A stretch of DNA of 64,000 bases from Faecousia sp. (lineage in GTDB: Bacteria > Bacillota > Clostridia > Oscillospirales > Oscillospiraceae). How positions within the stretch are numbered: position 1 is the stretch's first letter; every line of letters begins with the position of its first letter. Location: assembly GCA_045540575.1 (NCBI GenBank), contig JAZQHM010000005.1, forward strand, positions 7,210-71,209, written 5' to 3'. The position numbers were made by a program, and so were the translations under genes. Shown one piece after another: positions 55,826 to 64,000 of the stretch. The notes under the pieces are model-generated. The model saw nothing but the letters and a program-made list of their open reading frames with translations, was not told the DNA's origin and did no database searches.

Positions 55826-57295
55826 TTACAGGGTCACGCCCTGCTTAAAGATAGCCATATCATGGAATCCTGCTTTTTCAGAGCAAACCTGCTCACCGGA
55901 TGCCACAGCCAGAACATAGTCAAAGAATTCCTGCGCCACCTGCTCCATGGGCTGGTCTTCCACCAACACGCCTGCATTAAAATCGATCCAATTCGATTTT
56001 TTCGATGCCAACCGGGAGTTGGTTGCGATCTTCATGGTAGGCACCGGGCAGGCAAAGGGTGTGCCTCTGCCGGTGGTAAAGAGCACGATATGTGCTCCTG
56101 CCGCAGCCAGCGCTGTGGATGCCACAAGGTCATTTCCCGGAGCGCTCAGCAGATTAAGACCCGGCGTTTTCACATTCTCGCCGTATGCAAGCACGCCCTT
56201 AACTAAGCTGGAGCCTGCTTTTTGGGTGCAGCCCAAGGACTTATCCTCCAGCGTGGTAATGCCGCCCGCCTTATTGCCGGGAGAGGGGTTTTCGTACACC
56301 ACCTGATCGTGGCGCTTGAAATAGTTTTTAAAATCGTTGATAAGGTCAACTGTCTTTTGAAACAGCGCTTCATCCTCGCACCGATCCATCAAAAGCGTCT
56401 CCGCGCCAAACATTTCCGGAACTTCCGTCAAGATGGTAGTACCGCCGCAGGCAACCAGCATATCGGAGAATTTGCCCACCAACGGATTTGCCGTAATGCC
56501 GGAAAGTCCATCGCTGCCGCCGCACTTTAAGCCAACGACCAGCTTATCCGCGCTTACCTTTGTTCTTTCAAAGCCGGCTGCATAGTCGATCAGCTCTTTG
56601 ATGGCTTCAACCGATGCTTCAACCTCGTCCTCACAATCCTGAGAGACGATGAATTTCACTCTGTTTTCGTCGTATTCGCCGATGTAATTCTTCAAAATGC
56701 CAACGCCGCTGTTCTCGCAGCCCAAGCCCAGCACCAGCACACCGCCGGCATTGGGATGGTTGATCAGGTCGGCAAGAATCTTCCGGGAATTTTCCTGGTC
56801 GTCGCCCATTTGGGAGCAGCCGTAGGGATGTGCAAAGGCAATGACCTCGCTGACGCTGCCTTTAACGAAGGCATTTGCCTCTTTTGCGATGAGCTTTGCC
56901 ACATCGTTGACGCAGCCTACCGTGGGAATGACCCAAATTTCATTGCGCACGCCCACCTTGCCGTCATCGCGCAAGAAGCCCATAAAGGTGGCTTCTTTTT
57001 TGTCCATAGCCGGCACTTCCACCGGATTGTAAGTATAATCCAGCAGATCGCCAAGACCGGTTTTCGTGTTGTGGACATGGATCCAGTCACCGGCATGGAT
57101 CGCACATTTGGCAAAGCCGATACGCTCGCCGTATTTGATGATTTCTCCGCCTTCGGCAATCTCTTTTAAGGCGATTTTATGTCCGGCAGGTACATCTACG
57201 TTCACGCATACACCCGCCACAGCCGTGCCCTTGGGAATATCCTTCAAGGCAACGACAACATTGTCTTTTTCGTTGATTTTTATAAAGTCTTGCAC
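55826..57295 (-). CDS. uxaA: Altronate dehydratase
   Basis: SAF domain GHKIAL..IKYG, PTVGCVN, HPYGCSQ, LKCGGSDG and FTTGRGTP motifs. Confidence 0.95.
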   Translation of the reverse strand: MQDFIKINEKDNVVVALKDIPKGTAVAGVCVNVDVPAGHKIALKEIAEGGEIIKYGERIGFAKCAIHAGDWIHVHNTKTGLGDLLDYTYNPVEVPAMDKKEATFMGFLRDDGKVGVRNEIWVIPTVGCVNDVAKLIAKEANAFVKGSVSEVIAFAHPYGCSQMGDDQENSRKILADLINHPNAGGVLVLGLGCENSGVGILKNYIGEYDENRVKFIVSQDCEDEVEASVEAIKELIDYAAGFERTKVSADKLVVGLKCGGSDGLSGITANPLVGKFSDMLVACGGTTILTEVPEMFGAETLLMDRCEDEALFQKTVDLINDFKNYFKRHDQVVYENPSPGNKAGGITTLEDKSLGCTQKAGSSLVKGVLAYGENVKTPGLNLLSAPGNDLVASTALAAAGAHIVLFTTGRGTPFACPVPTMKIATNSRLASKKSNWIDFNAGVLVEDQPMEQVAQEFFDYVLAVASGEQVCSEKAGFHDMAIFKQGVTL

Positions 57296-58740
57296 AGCGC
57301 AGCCCTCATACCATTTACACGGATATCCGCCAATGCCGCCGTAACCGCAGCGGTAAGACCGGGAATTCTATTCAGATTCTGACCGTGGAAGTCCTCTCTG
57401 CCAAGGTATGCCTGTACAAATTCAGCAGCATTCTTCTGAGAATTGTCCCGGAAGAATTCCAGCACCTGCATATCGTCCATGATGCTGTACTCTTCCCCGT
57501 TCCTGTGACCGATCAGCGCCTTATCCCGAATCTCGCTGCCGGTATAGAAAGCCATCAGCGCAGCAATGGAGAAGGTCAGCCGCTTCGGCAGCTTGCCGGT
57601 CTTTTCAATGTAACCAAGGAAGCTGGGCATACATCTTGCCCGCCACTTGGAAACGGAATTCAAAGAAATGGAAAGCAATGCGTGCTTGACATACGGATTG
57701 TTAAAGCGCAGCACCACAGCAGCCGCGAACTCCTCAAGGTCCTGCTTGGGCAGGGTCAAAGTGGGGATCACCTCTTCGTTCAGCGTTCCCATCATGAAAT
57801 TGCGGATATCGTCATCGTCCATAGACTCCTTGACGATATCATTGCCTGCCAGGTAAGAAGCCAGCACAAATGAGGTATGTGCACCGTTGAGGATGCGCAC
57901 CTTGCGCTGCTTATAGGGCTTTTGATTGTCGGTAAAGATAACGGGCAAACCTGCATCCGGCAAAGGCAATTCCTTGCTGATGTCCTTGGCACTTTCAATA
58001 ACCCAGAGAGCAAAGGGCTCGCCGGTAACGATCAAGCGATCCTCGTAGCCCAAGCGCTGCCACTCCTCTTCCTCGGTGGCTCTGGGATAGCCGGTAATGA
58101 TCCGGTCAACCAGTGTGGACGTAAAGACGCAGGCTTCTTCCACCCAGTTTTTAAAATCTTCACCAAGACCCCAACGATCGATCAGCTTCAAAACGCACTT
58201 ATGAAGTGCAATACCATTATCGTCGATCAGCTCCACGGGCAGCATAACAAGACCCTTATCCATAGCGCCATTGAAGGTCTCAAAGCGGTGATAAAGGAAC
58301 TTGGTCAGCTTGCCGGGGAAGGATTTCGGCGGCGTCATTTCAAAGCGGTCGGTCTCATCAAAAACGATACCGGCTTCCGTTGTGTTGGAAACCACAAAGC
58401 GCAATGTGTCGATCTCCGCAAGAGACATGTACTTATCGTACTCGCCGTAAGAATCCACCGCGTCACACACAGATGTTACCACACGGTCCAGCACCTTGGC
58501 TTCGCCGTCCACATTGCCCCGCAGGGAAACGGTATACTGGCAATCCTGCTTATGGAAACTATCCAGATTGCCGAACTCGATGGGCTTGATCAGCACAATA
58601 CTGCCGTCAAAAAGCCCCTTTTCGTTGGCAATATCGATCATATAATCTACGAAACCACGCAGAAAATTACCCTCGCCAAACTGAACGACCTTTACAGGAC
58701 GCTCCTTGGGCTGTGTCATAGCTTTGTTCATCTGATGCAT
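57280..58740 (-). CDS. uxaB: Tagaturonate reductase (altronate oxidoreductase)
   Basis: QFGEGNFLRGF, SNTTEAGI, TLVDRI and RKVRILNGAHT motifs. Confidence 0.95.
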   Translation of the reverse strand: MHQMNKAMTQPKERPVKVVQFGEGNFLRGFVDYMIDIANEKGLFDGSIVLIKPIEFGNLDSFHKQDCQYTVSLRGNVDGEAKVLDRVVTSVCDAVDSYGEYDKYMSLAEIDTLRFVVSNTTEAGIVFDETDRFEMTPPKSFPGKLTKFLYHRFETFNGAMDKGLVMLPVELIDDNGIALHKCVLKLIDRWGLGEDFKNWVEEACVFTSTLVDRIITGYPRATEEEEWQRLGYEDRLIVTGEPFALWVIESAKDISKELPLPDAGLPVIFTDNQKPYKQRKVRILNGAHTSFVLASYLAGNDIVKESMDDDDIRNFMMGTLNEEVIPTLTLPKQDLEEFAAAVVLRFNNPYVKHALLSISLNSVSKWRARCMPSFLGYIEKTGKLPKRLTFSIAALMAFYTGSEIRDKALIGHRNGEEYSIMDDMQVLEFFRDNSQKNAAEFVQAYLGREDFHGQNLNRIPGLTAAVTAALADIRVNGMRAALCKTL

Positions 58741-58781
58741 AATATCTCTTCCCTTCCAAGGCAAAAAATCACGCAACGCGC

Positions 58782-58832
58782 AAATGTAAGCGCTTACATT
58801 TTAATTTTACCCCAAATTTTTAAATTCGTCAA
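58782..58832 (-). promoter_or_regulatory. uxaBA promoter with a perfect cre/LacI-type operator
   Basis: TTGACG-17 nt-TAAAAT (58832-58804) followed by the palindrome AAATGTAAGCGCTTACATTT (58782-58801). Confidence 0.8.
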
Positions 58833-58873
58833 TATGTAATAAGTTGCAATATTTTTGCAAAAAATCCACAAAT

Positions 58874-60115
58874 TTACACTTTCAACTGTGCCAGCAAGTC
58901 TTTGCCCTTTTCTTCGATTTTCTCTGCAATACCGGGTATAAAGCGGCAGCTTTGCGCCTCATAACTGCTGCCGTCCAGGGCATCCATAGTTGGGAAATAG
59001 TCGAGAAAACCGTTGCACAGGCTGCAAGGCAGCACCATTCTCCAGCCCCCTGCCCCCTTTAACGCAATAGCTGTTTCAGCAAAGGGCTCTCCCGGAATGC
59101 CGATCAACGCCACATCGCCGATTGCAATGCCGCAAAGGGTCATGTGAATATTTTCTTCCCCGGACTTGGACGGATAGTCAAAGCAAAGGCTTTTGAATCT
59201 GATTTCGCTGGCAGCTACTGCAGATACATTTTCCAGCGCCTGCAGCACAGCTTGTGCGCATTTTTTGCCGCAATAGCGAGCTGCCGCCATGATGTCCCGG
59301 TTTTCCTGCAAATATGTCTGATATTCCGGATTCGTAAGCTGGGCATCAAAATGATTGATGTTACCCTCGCCGCCGTTAAAGAACATACAGTGGGTCTTGG
59401 GGCGCGCTTTTTCTACTTCGCTACGCAAAATGCCGGGCCAGTCGGCGCTGATCTGATCGCCGCCCACAGTATCCGCATGGTTTCCGAAATGGGCAAGCAA
59501 AATCGTATCGTTCTGCCGCTCCAGCAGCAGGATGCACATCTGGGTATCCGCTTTGCCCAAGGATTCCACAATATCCGGGTTGCCAATGCCGGGATTCGTG
59601 CGGATGCGACCGTCTTTCATGCGGTAGCGCCGCACAAATGACACACCCTCACACTCCGCAGTACCACAGCTCAGGCTTGCCGGCTGCAGATCCTGCAAAG
59701 CAGAAACCGCTGCTGCTAAGAGTTTTTCTTCCAAGGCAAGGCGGTAGTCACGAAGAAGCTGCAGCTTTTCTTCCTCGAAAGGCACACCGAACATGGTAAA
59801 GCCCTTTGCATGCGCCTCGCTTAAGACACAAGGACCGGTATGGTTGTGAGTTGCAGCGATCATAATCGCATCCACAGGAATATCTGTTTCAGCAGAGATG
59901 CACTGCCGCAAAGGCAGCATCACATCCTCGCATACCTCGCAAAGATCCATGCTAATAAGCAGCACACTGTTTTCTCCGCACGACAGCGCCAGCACATCTG
60001 CATATATTGGATCCAGCACACCGCTTACATACCGGGGCTCAAAATAGCCGTGAACCGGCACTCCTGCTGCCGGTGTAATATCTGTCCGGGCAAAGCCGGC
60101 GCGAAATTCATTCAT
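58874..60115 (-). CDS. Neutral/alkaline ceramidase-fold putative hydrolase (second, shorter paralog)
   Basis: AGFARTDITP, ATHNHTGP, NHAD..ISADWPG and PGEPF..Y.PT motifs. Confidence 0.7.
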   Translation of the reverse strand: MNEFRAGFARTDITPAAGVPVHGYFEPRYVSGVLDPIYADVLALSCGENSVLLISMDLCEVCEDVMLPLRQCISAETDIPVDAIMIAATHNHTGPCVLSEAHAKGFTMFGVPFEEEKLQLLRDYRLALEEKLLAAAVSALQDLQPASLSCGTAECEGVSFVRRYRMKDGRIRTNPGIGNPDIVESLGKADTQMCILLLERQNDTILLAHFGNHADTVGGDQISADWPGILRSEVEKARPKTHCMFFNGGEGNINHFDAQLTNPEYQTYLQENRDIMAAARYCGKKCAQAVLQALENVSAVAASEIRFKSLCFDYPSKSGEENIHMTLCGIAIGDVALIGIPGEPFAETAIALKGAGGWRMVLPCSLCNGFLDYFPTMDALDGSSYEAQSCRFIPGIAEKIEEKGKDLLAQLKV

Positions 60116-60119
60116 TGTA

Positions 60120-61283
60120 TCACCATTCGATCTGCCAACGGGCTTTGTACTGATTGCCGGGCAGGATATTACTTTCGCTGCGTGCTTGCGCGCCGGCCCG
60201 GTGCTTGGCAAGCAGCGCATCATATTGGTTTTCATCAAAAGGAATCGCCACGGGAACATTGCCTGTCCATGCCGACAAGTAAGCCGCATTTTGCAGCATC
60301 AGCTCGTTGATGCCATCGTAACCCGGTGCAATAAGCTCCGTACCCCGCAGGATATGATCGGAAAGATTCTGCAAAATCGCTTGATGTCCGTTATGCCCCT
60401 GCTCCTGCTGGAATTCCTCATACTCATAAGGGATCTTGCCGAACTCTTCCTTTGTTTCAAAGGAGAATTCCTGCTCATCCTGAGAAAGCCGCCACCACTT
60501 AAGCTTGCCCTCTTCCAGAATCAGCTTGCCCTTTGTTCCGATGATCTCCAGACGATTCGTACCGGGGAATTCGCCGGTGGAGGTGATAAATGTGCCCTCG
60601 CAACCGCCGGGGAAGCGGGCAAAAATGGTCGCACTGTCCTCCACCTCGATGTGGTGGTACTTGCCTTCCTCACAGAAAGCCGTCACCCTCTCCGGCATGC
60701 CGCAGATCCACTGCCACAAGTCAAGCTGATGGGGTGCCTGATTGACCAGTACACCGCCGCCCTCGCCTGCCCATGTAGCCCGCCATGTGCCGGATTCATA
60801 GTAGCGCTGGGTGCGATACCAGTTGGTGATGATCCAGGTAGTGCGCTTCAGCGCGCCAAGCTTTCCGTCACGGACGATCTCTCTCGCCTTTTGGAAGAGA
60901 TTGCCGGTACGCTGGTTGAACATAATGCCAAAAACCTTGCCGCTTTTTCTCGCCTCTTCCATCATTTTTCTTCCCTTGGAAGTCATGATGTCCATGGGCT
61001 TTTCTACCAGCACATGCTTACCGCTGCGGAAAGCATCCACTGCAATGTCCGTATGCAGCGGATGGGGCACGGATACGATCACCAAATCGATATCGCTTTT
61101 CAGCATTTCATGATAATCCTCATAAAATGCCACACCGGGAATGCGCTCTGCCGCCAGGGGCTTCAGCGCTTCATTGACATCGCAGACAGCCGCTAAGGTC
61201 ATGCCGTCTACCTTCCCGTCGAAAATACATTGGGCATGGGACGAGCCCACGTTGCCAATGCCGATAATACCGACTTTAATCAT
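60120..61283 (-). CDS. Gfo/Idh/MocA oxidoreductase
   Basis: IGIGNVG, VEKP and WRATWAGEGGGVLVNQAPHQLD motifs. Confidence 0.92.
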   Translation of the reverse strand: MIKVGIIGIGNVGSSHAQCIFDGKVDGMTLAAVCDVNEALKPLAAERIPGVAFYEDYHEMLKSDIDLVIVSVPHPLHTDIAVDAFRSGKHVLVEKPMDIMTSKGRKMMEEARKSGKVFGIMFNQRTGNLFQKAREIVRDGKLGALKRTTWIITNWYRTQRYYESGTWRATWAGEGGGVLVNQAPHQLDLWQWICGMPERVTAFCEEGKYHHIEVEDSATIFARFPGGCEGTFITSTGEFPGTNRLEIIGTKGKLILEEGKLKWWRLSQDEQEFSFETKEEFGKIPYEYEEFQQEQGHNGHQAILQNLSDHILRGTELIAPGYDGINELMLQNAAYLSAWTGNVPVAIPFDENQYDALLAKHRAGAQARSESNILPGNQYKARWQIEW

Positions 61284-61285
61284 GA

Positions 61286-62464
61286 TTACTTCGTTCCTTG
61301 ATAAGATCCTGTAGAGTCTGTAAATACGGCTTCCACTTCCTTGTGCTTGGAAGTAGCAATGCGCTTTTTCAGTTCTTCGTAGAAAAGGTCCTCATCAAGA
61401 GGCAGCTGTACGGTGGAATTGGTCCAGCTGGAAAGATACATGCCGTTGGAAAGAGTTAAGCTGTTGATGCCCTCTTCACCGTTGGCGACCAGGGGCTCAT
61501 CCCGCAAAATAGCACCGGCAAAGGCATTGAGCATCAGGCTGTGACCGCCCAGCTTTTCCTTATACATATCGTAGGTGATCTTGGTGCGTCTGGGAGAGCC
61601 GAAGGCAGCAGCCTTGCTCTTGGAGAATTCCTGCTCCGTCATTTCCAGCTCGTAAACCGTCAAGGTAGAGGAATTTTCTACGATGATGGTGCCCTTATCG
61701 GTAGCGATCTCCAGGCGGTTGGTACCGGGGGCAATACCGGTGGAGGTGATAAAAGTACCCAAAGCGCCGTTGGGGTACTTAAAGATAGCAGACACATCAT
61801 CCTCGATCTCCACATCGTGCCACTGAGCAACAGAGCACTTTGCGGTAATCTCTGTGGGCATGCCGCACAGCCACTGAATGAGGTCCAAATTATGGGGGCA
61901 CTGATTCAGCAGCACACCGCCGCCCTCGCCTGCCCAGGTAGCCCGCCAGGAGCCGGAATCATAGTAGGACTGGGAACGGTACCAGGAGGTGACCAGCCAA
62001 GTCACACCGCGGATCTGACCGAATTCGCCGGAGGAAAGCATCTGCTTGACCTTCTTGAATACAGGAATGGTACGGCACTGGAACATAATGCCGAACTTGA
62101 CACCGGCTTCCTTGGCAGCCTCGTTCATTTCCCGGACAGCCTTGGTGTAAACGCCCGCAGGCTTTTCACTCATTACATGAAGCTTATGCTTGAAAGCCAG
62201 CTTTGCAAGGGTGGGATGATCATAGTGGGGCACAGCAATGTATACTGCATCAACCAGACCGGAGGTCATCATTTCCTCAGCATCCGCAAAGATCTTCACA
62301 TTCTTTTCAGCAAAGGTGTTGCTTGCCCAATTGCGGCGTTCTTCGCTGATATCGCAAATAGCGGTTACTTCCAGCTCAGGGCACTCGCCCTCAAAAGCGA
62401 TCAGTTTGGAAACGGGCATACCCATATTGCCCACACCGATAATACCAAGTCTCACTTTTTCCAT
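61286..62464 (-). CDS. Gfo/Idh/MocA oxidoreductase (paralog of the neighbour)
   Basis: IGVGNMG, SEKP and WRATWAGEGGGVLLNQCPHNLD motifs. Confidence 0.92.
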   Translation of the reverse strand: MEKVRLGIIGVGNMGMPVSKLIAFEGECPELEVTAICDISEERRNWASNTFAEKNVKIFADAEEMMTSGLVDAVYIAVPHYDHPTLAKLAFKHKLHVMSEKPAGVYTKAVREMNEAAKEAGVKFGIMFQCRTIPVFKKVKQMLSSGEFGQIRGVTWLVTSWYRSQSYYDSGSWRATWAGEGGGVLLNQCPHNLDLIQWLCGMPTEITAKCSVAQWHDVEIEDDVSAIFKYPNGALGTFITSTGIAPGTNRLEIATDKGTIIVENSSTLTVYELEMTEQEFSKSKAAAFGSPRRTKITYDMYKEKLGGHSLMLNAFAGAILRDEPLVANGEEGINSLTLSNGMYLSSWTNSTVQLPLDEDLFYEELKKRIATSKHKEVEAVFTDSTGSYQGTK

Positions 62465-62476
62465 GATAAACTCTCC

Positions 62477-63262
62477 TTATTTCATATTGGGAAAACGCTC
62501 TGTTACGTTTTCATAGCTTCTTTTCAGACAATCAAAGGGGTCTTCGCCATAGCACCAATCCTGCTCCACCAGTGCATATTCGCAGCCGGCTTTCTCCAGT
62601 ACCTTAATATAGGCATCGTAGTCCAGCTTGCCCTCATAGATGGGGCGCAGGTATGCGGGGGTATCGATGCTGCCGTCAGCAGGCTTGTCTGCATAGTCTT
62701 TCAAGTGGATACGGGAAAGTCTACCGGTAAGCTGCTCAATGAGCTTGACTACATCCGCACCGCCAAAGGCAGCCCAGCCAAGATCCAGCGTAAAGTCCAG
62801 AGCATCTTCCGGGAAATCCTCAAACATACGCTCAATGGCATTCTTGCCGTTTAAATCGTCAAACTCAAACCAGTGGTTGTGATACAGAAGCTTTGCCCCA
62901 AGATCACGCATCCGCACCGCTGCGGGCAGGAACGTCTTTTTGAATTCCTCATAGCCCTCAAAGGTGCTGCGCAGCTTATTTGGCATTGCGCCAAGACCGA
63001 TATGGCGGCAACCGAAAATTTCATGGTCGCGAACCACTTTTTCGGTGTTCTGCTCAATATCCTTCAGACCAATATGAGTCAGCACGCAGGTAAGATCATA
63101 CTTCTGCAGCATATCCCGCAGCCAGTAGGGGTCATACGCGCAAGTGCCGGAAACCTGAACGGACTTGTAGCCCATTTCCGAAACTTTCTTAAGTGCCGCC
63201 TCAAAGCCCTCAAGGGTTTGGGTGAAATCCGTAACTGTGTAAAGCTGTGCACCGATCTGCAT
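62477..63262 (-). CDS. Sugar phosphate isomerase/epimerase (xylose-isomerase-like TIM barrel)
   Basis: GAQLYTV, YHNH.FEF, LDLGW, IHLKD and VEQD motifs. Confidence 0.9.
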   Translation of the reverse strand: MQIGAQLYTVTDFTQTLEGFEAALKKVSEMGYKSVQVSGTCAYDPYWLRDMLQKYDLTCVLTHIGLKDIEQNTEKVVRDHEIFGCRHIGLGAMPNKLRSTFEGYEEFKKTFLPAAVRMRDLGAKLLYHNHWFEFDDLNGKNAIERMFEDFPEDALDFTLDLGWAAFGGADVVKLIEQLTGRLSRIHLKDYADKPADGSIDTPAYLRPIYEGKLDYDAYIKVLEKAGCEYALVEQDWCYGEDPFDCLKRSYENVTERFPNMK

Positions 63263-63275
63263 ATGTATCGCTCCT

Positions 63276-63959
63276 TTATTTCAAGTTTTTATATGCTTCG
63301 TAATAGCGAAGACCAAATGTACGCAAAGATGCCGCATTGAAATGCAGGTTATCCGCATTGGGAGTCAAACCTTCCGCGCTGACGAAACCGAAACGGTCAT
63401 TTTTCTCCGCGATTCTCTTCAATGCCGCATTTACATGGACATAATTGGCAAGCTGAGGATCATCGGGGCACTGCGGCAGAAAATCGCCCAATCCGCCAAC
63501 GATCACCGGCACATCCAACCCCAATGCATCCCGCATGGAGGTAAGGATATGGGTGCATTTTTCTTCGTAAAGTGGGTAGCGCTCAGCGCTGGTATCGCCC
63601 TCTCCCTGATGCCACAAAATCGCCTTGATCTCCGACTCCCGCATGGCAAATTTCGCCTGCGATACCGCGCTTTCAAAAAGAGGCTGACCGGGCATCCACT
63701 GGTCAAGGCAGGTACCGCCGTCGGCTTGCGCAATAATGCCAACCTGCACATCGGGATTGTCCTTTTTATAAGCATCCGCAAAGCTTTCCGCAAGACCAAT
63801 GCCCGCCGTGTCCGTATCCCAGTGGTAAGGCACGAATGCCGGTCGCCATAAGCCGTTGCGCAAAAGTCTGATCCGTCTTTGATCCAGCGGCTCAACCTCG
63901 CTGATGATACCGCGACCAGCCATATTGGACTGACCGACCAGCAAAAAAGAATGAATCAT
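63276..63959 (-). CDS. SASA/CE6-like carbohydrate acetylesterase
   Basis: GQSNMAGRG, LWHQGEGD and DNLHF motifs. Confidence 0.88.
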   Translation of the reverse strand: MIHSFLLVGQSNMAGRGIISEVEPLDQRRIRLLRNGLWRPAFVPYHWDTDTAGIGLAESFADAYKKDNPDVQVGIIAQADGGTCLDQWMPGQPLFESAVSQAKFAMRESEIKAILWHQGEGDTSAERYPLYEEKCTHILTSMRDALGLDVPVIVGGLGDFLPQCPDDPQLANYVHVNAALKRIAEKNDRFGFVSAEGLTPNADNLHFNAASLRTFGLRYYEAYKNLK

Positions 63960-64000
63960 ACCATTACCTCCTGTAAAATCCCTTTGAGCGCATCGCAGCC

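Noticed and set aside
2363-62854. Other long antisense ORFs (2363..3838, 28524..29966, 29938..31323, 42001..43236, 45329..46708, 61541..62854, 8766..9581 etc.)
   Set aside because: Each lies largely opposite a gene with clear family motifs and reads as a low-information shadow translation.

Overview
Gene-dense, about 52% GC chromosomal window from a Bacillota anaerobe. It is Clostridia/Oscillospiraceae-like by RBS style, sigma-A promoters and gene content; that placement is inference. No rRNA, tRNA, CRISPR or mobile element is visible. Left end: a fused CpsC-CpsD (Wzc-like) tyrosine kinase running off the edge and missed by the ORF track, a signal-less FG-GAP repeat protein co-transcribed with two phosphatases, and asnA. 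Next is a GntR/LacI-regulated module: a HpcH aldolase plus a tandemly duplicated pair of an atypical PIG-L protein and an Asp-box (sialidase-fold) protein, followed by a bile salt hydrolase and a CE15-like esterase. From about 15.5 kb to the right end is a large Gram-positive uronic-acid/rhamnogalacturonan-type polysaccharide utilisation locus. It holds one 3173-aa surface protein (TasA-like N-domain, beta-helix, 11 DUF1080/CBM66-like modules, 3 CnaB domains), a YesOPQ-like ABC importer, cytoplasmic GH105/GH2/GH36/CE12 enzymes, kduI/kduD, uxaB/uxaA, a split YesM/YesN-like two-component system, a TetR operon and five Gfo/Idh/MocA oxidoreductases. The giant protein and the ABC binding protein, 20 kb apart, have near-identical promoters with 21-bp-spaced direct repeats, which points to one regulon. 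The best candidates for an undescribed system are this giant-protein regulon and the duplicated PIG-L/Asp-box/aldolase module. All family calls come from motif recognition; no searches were run.
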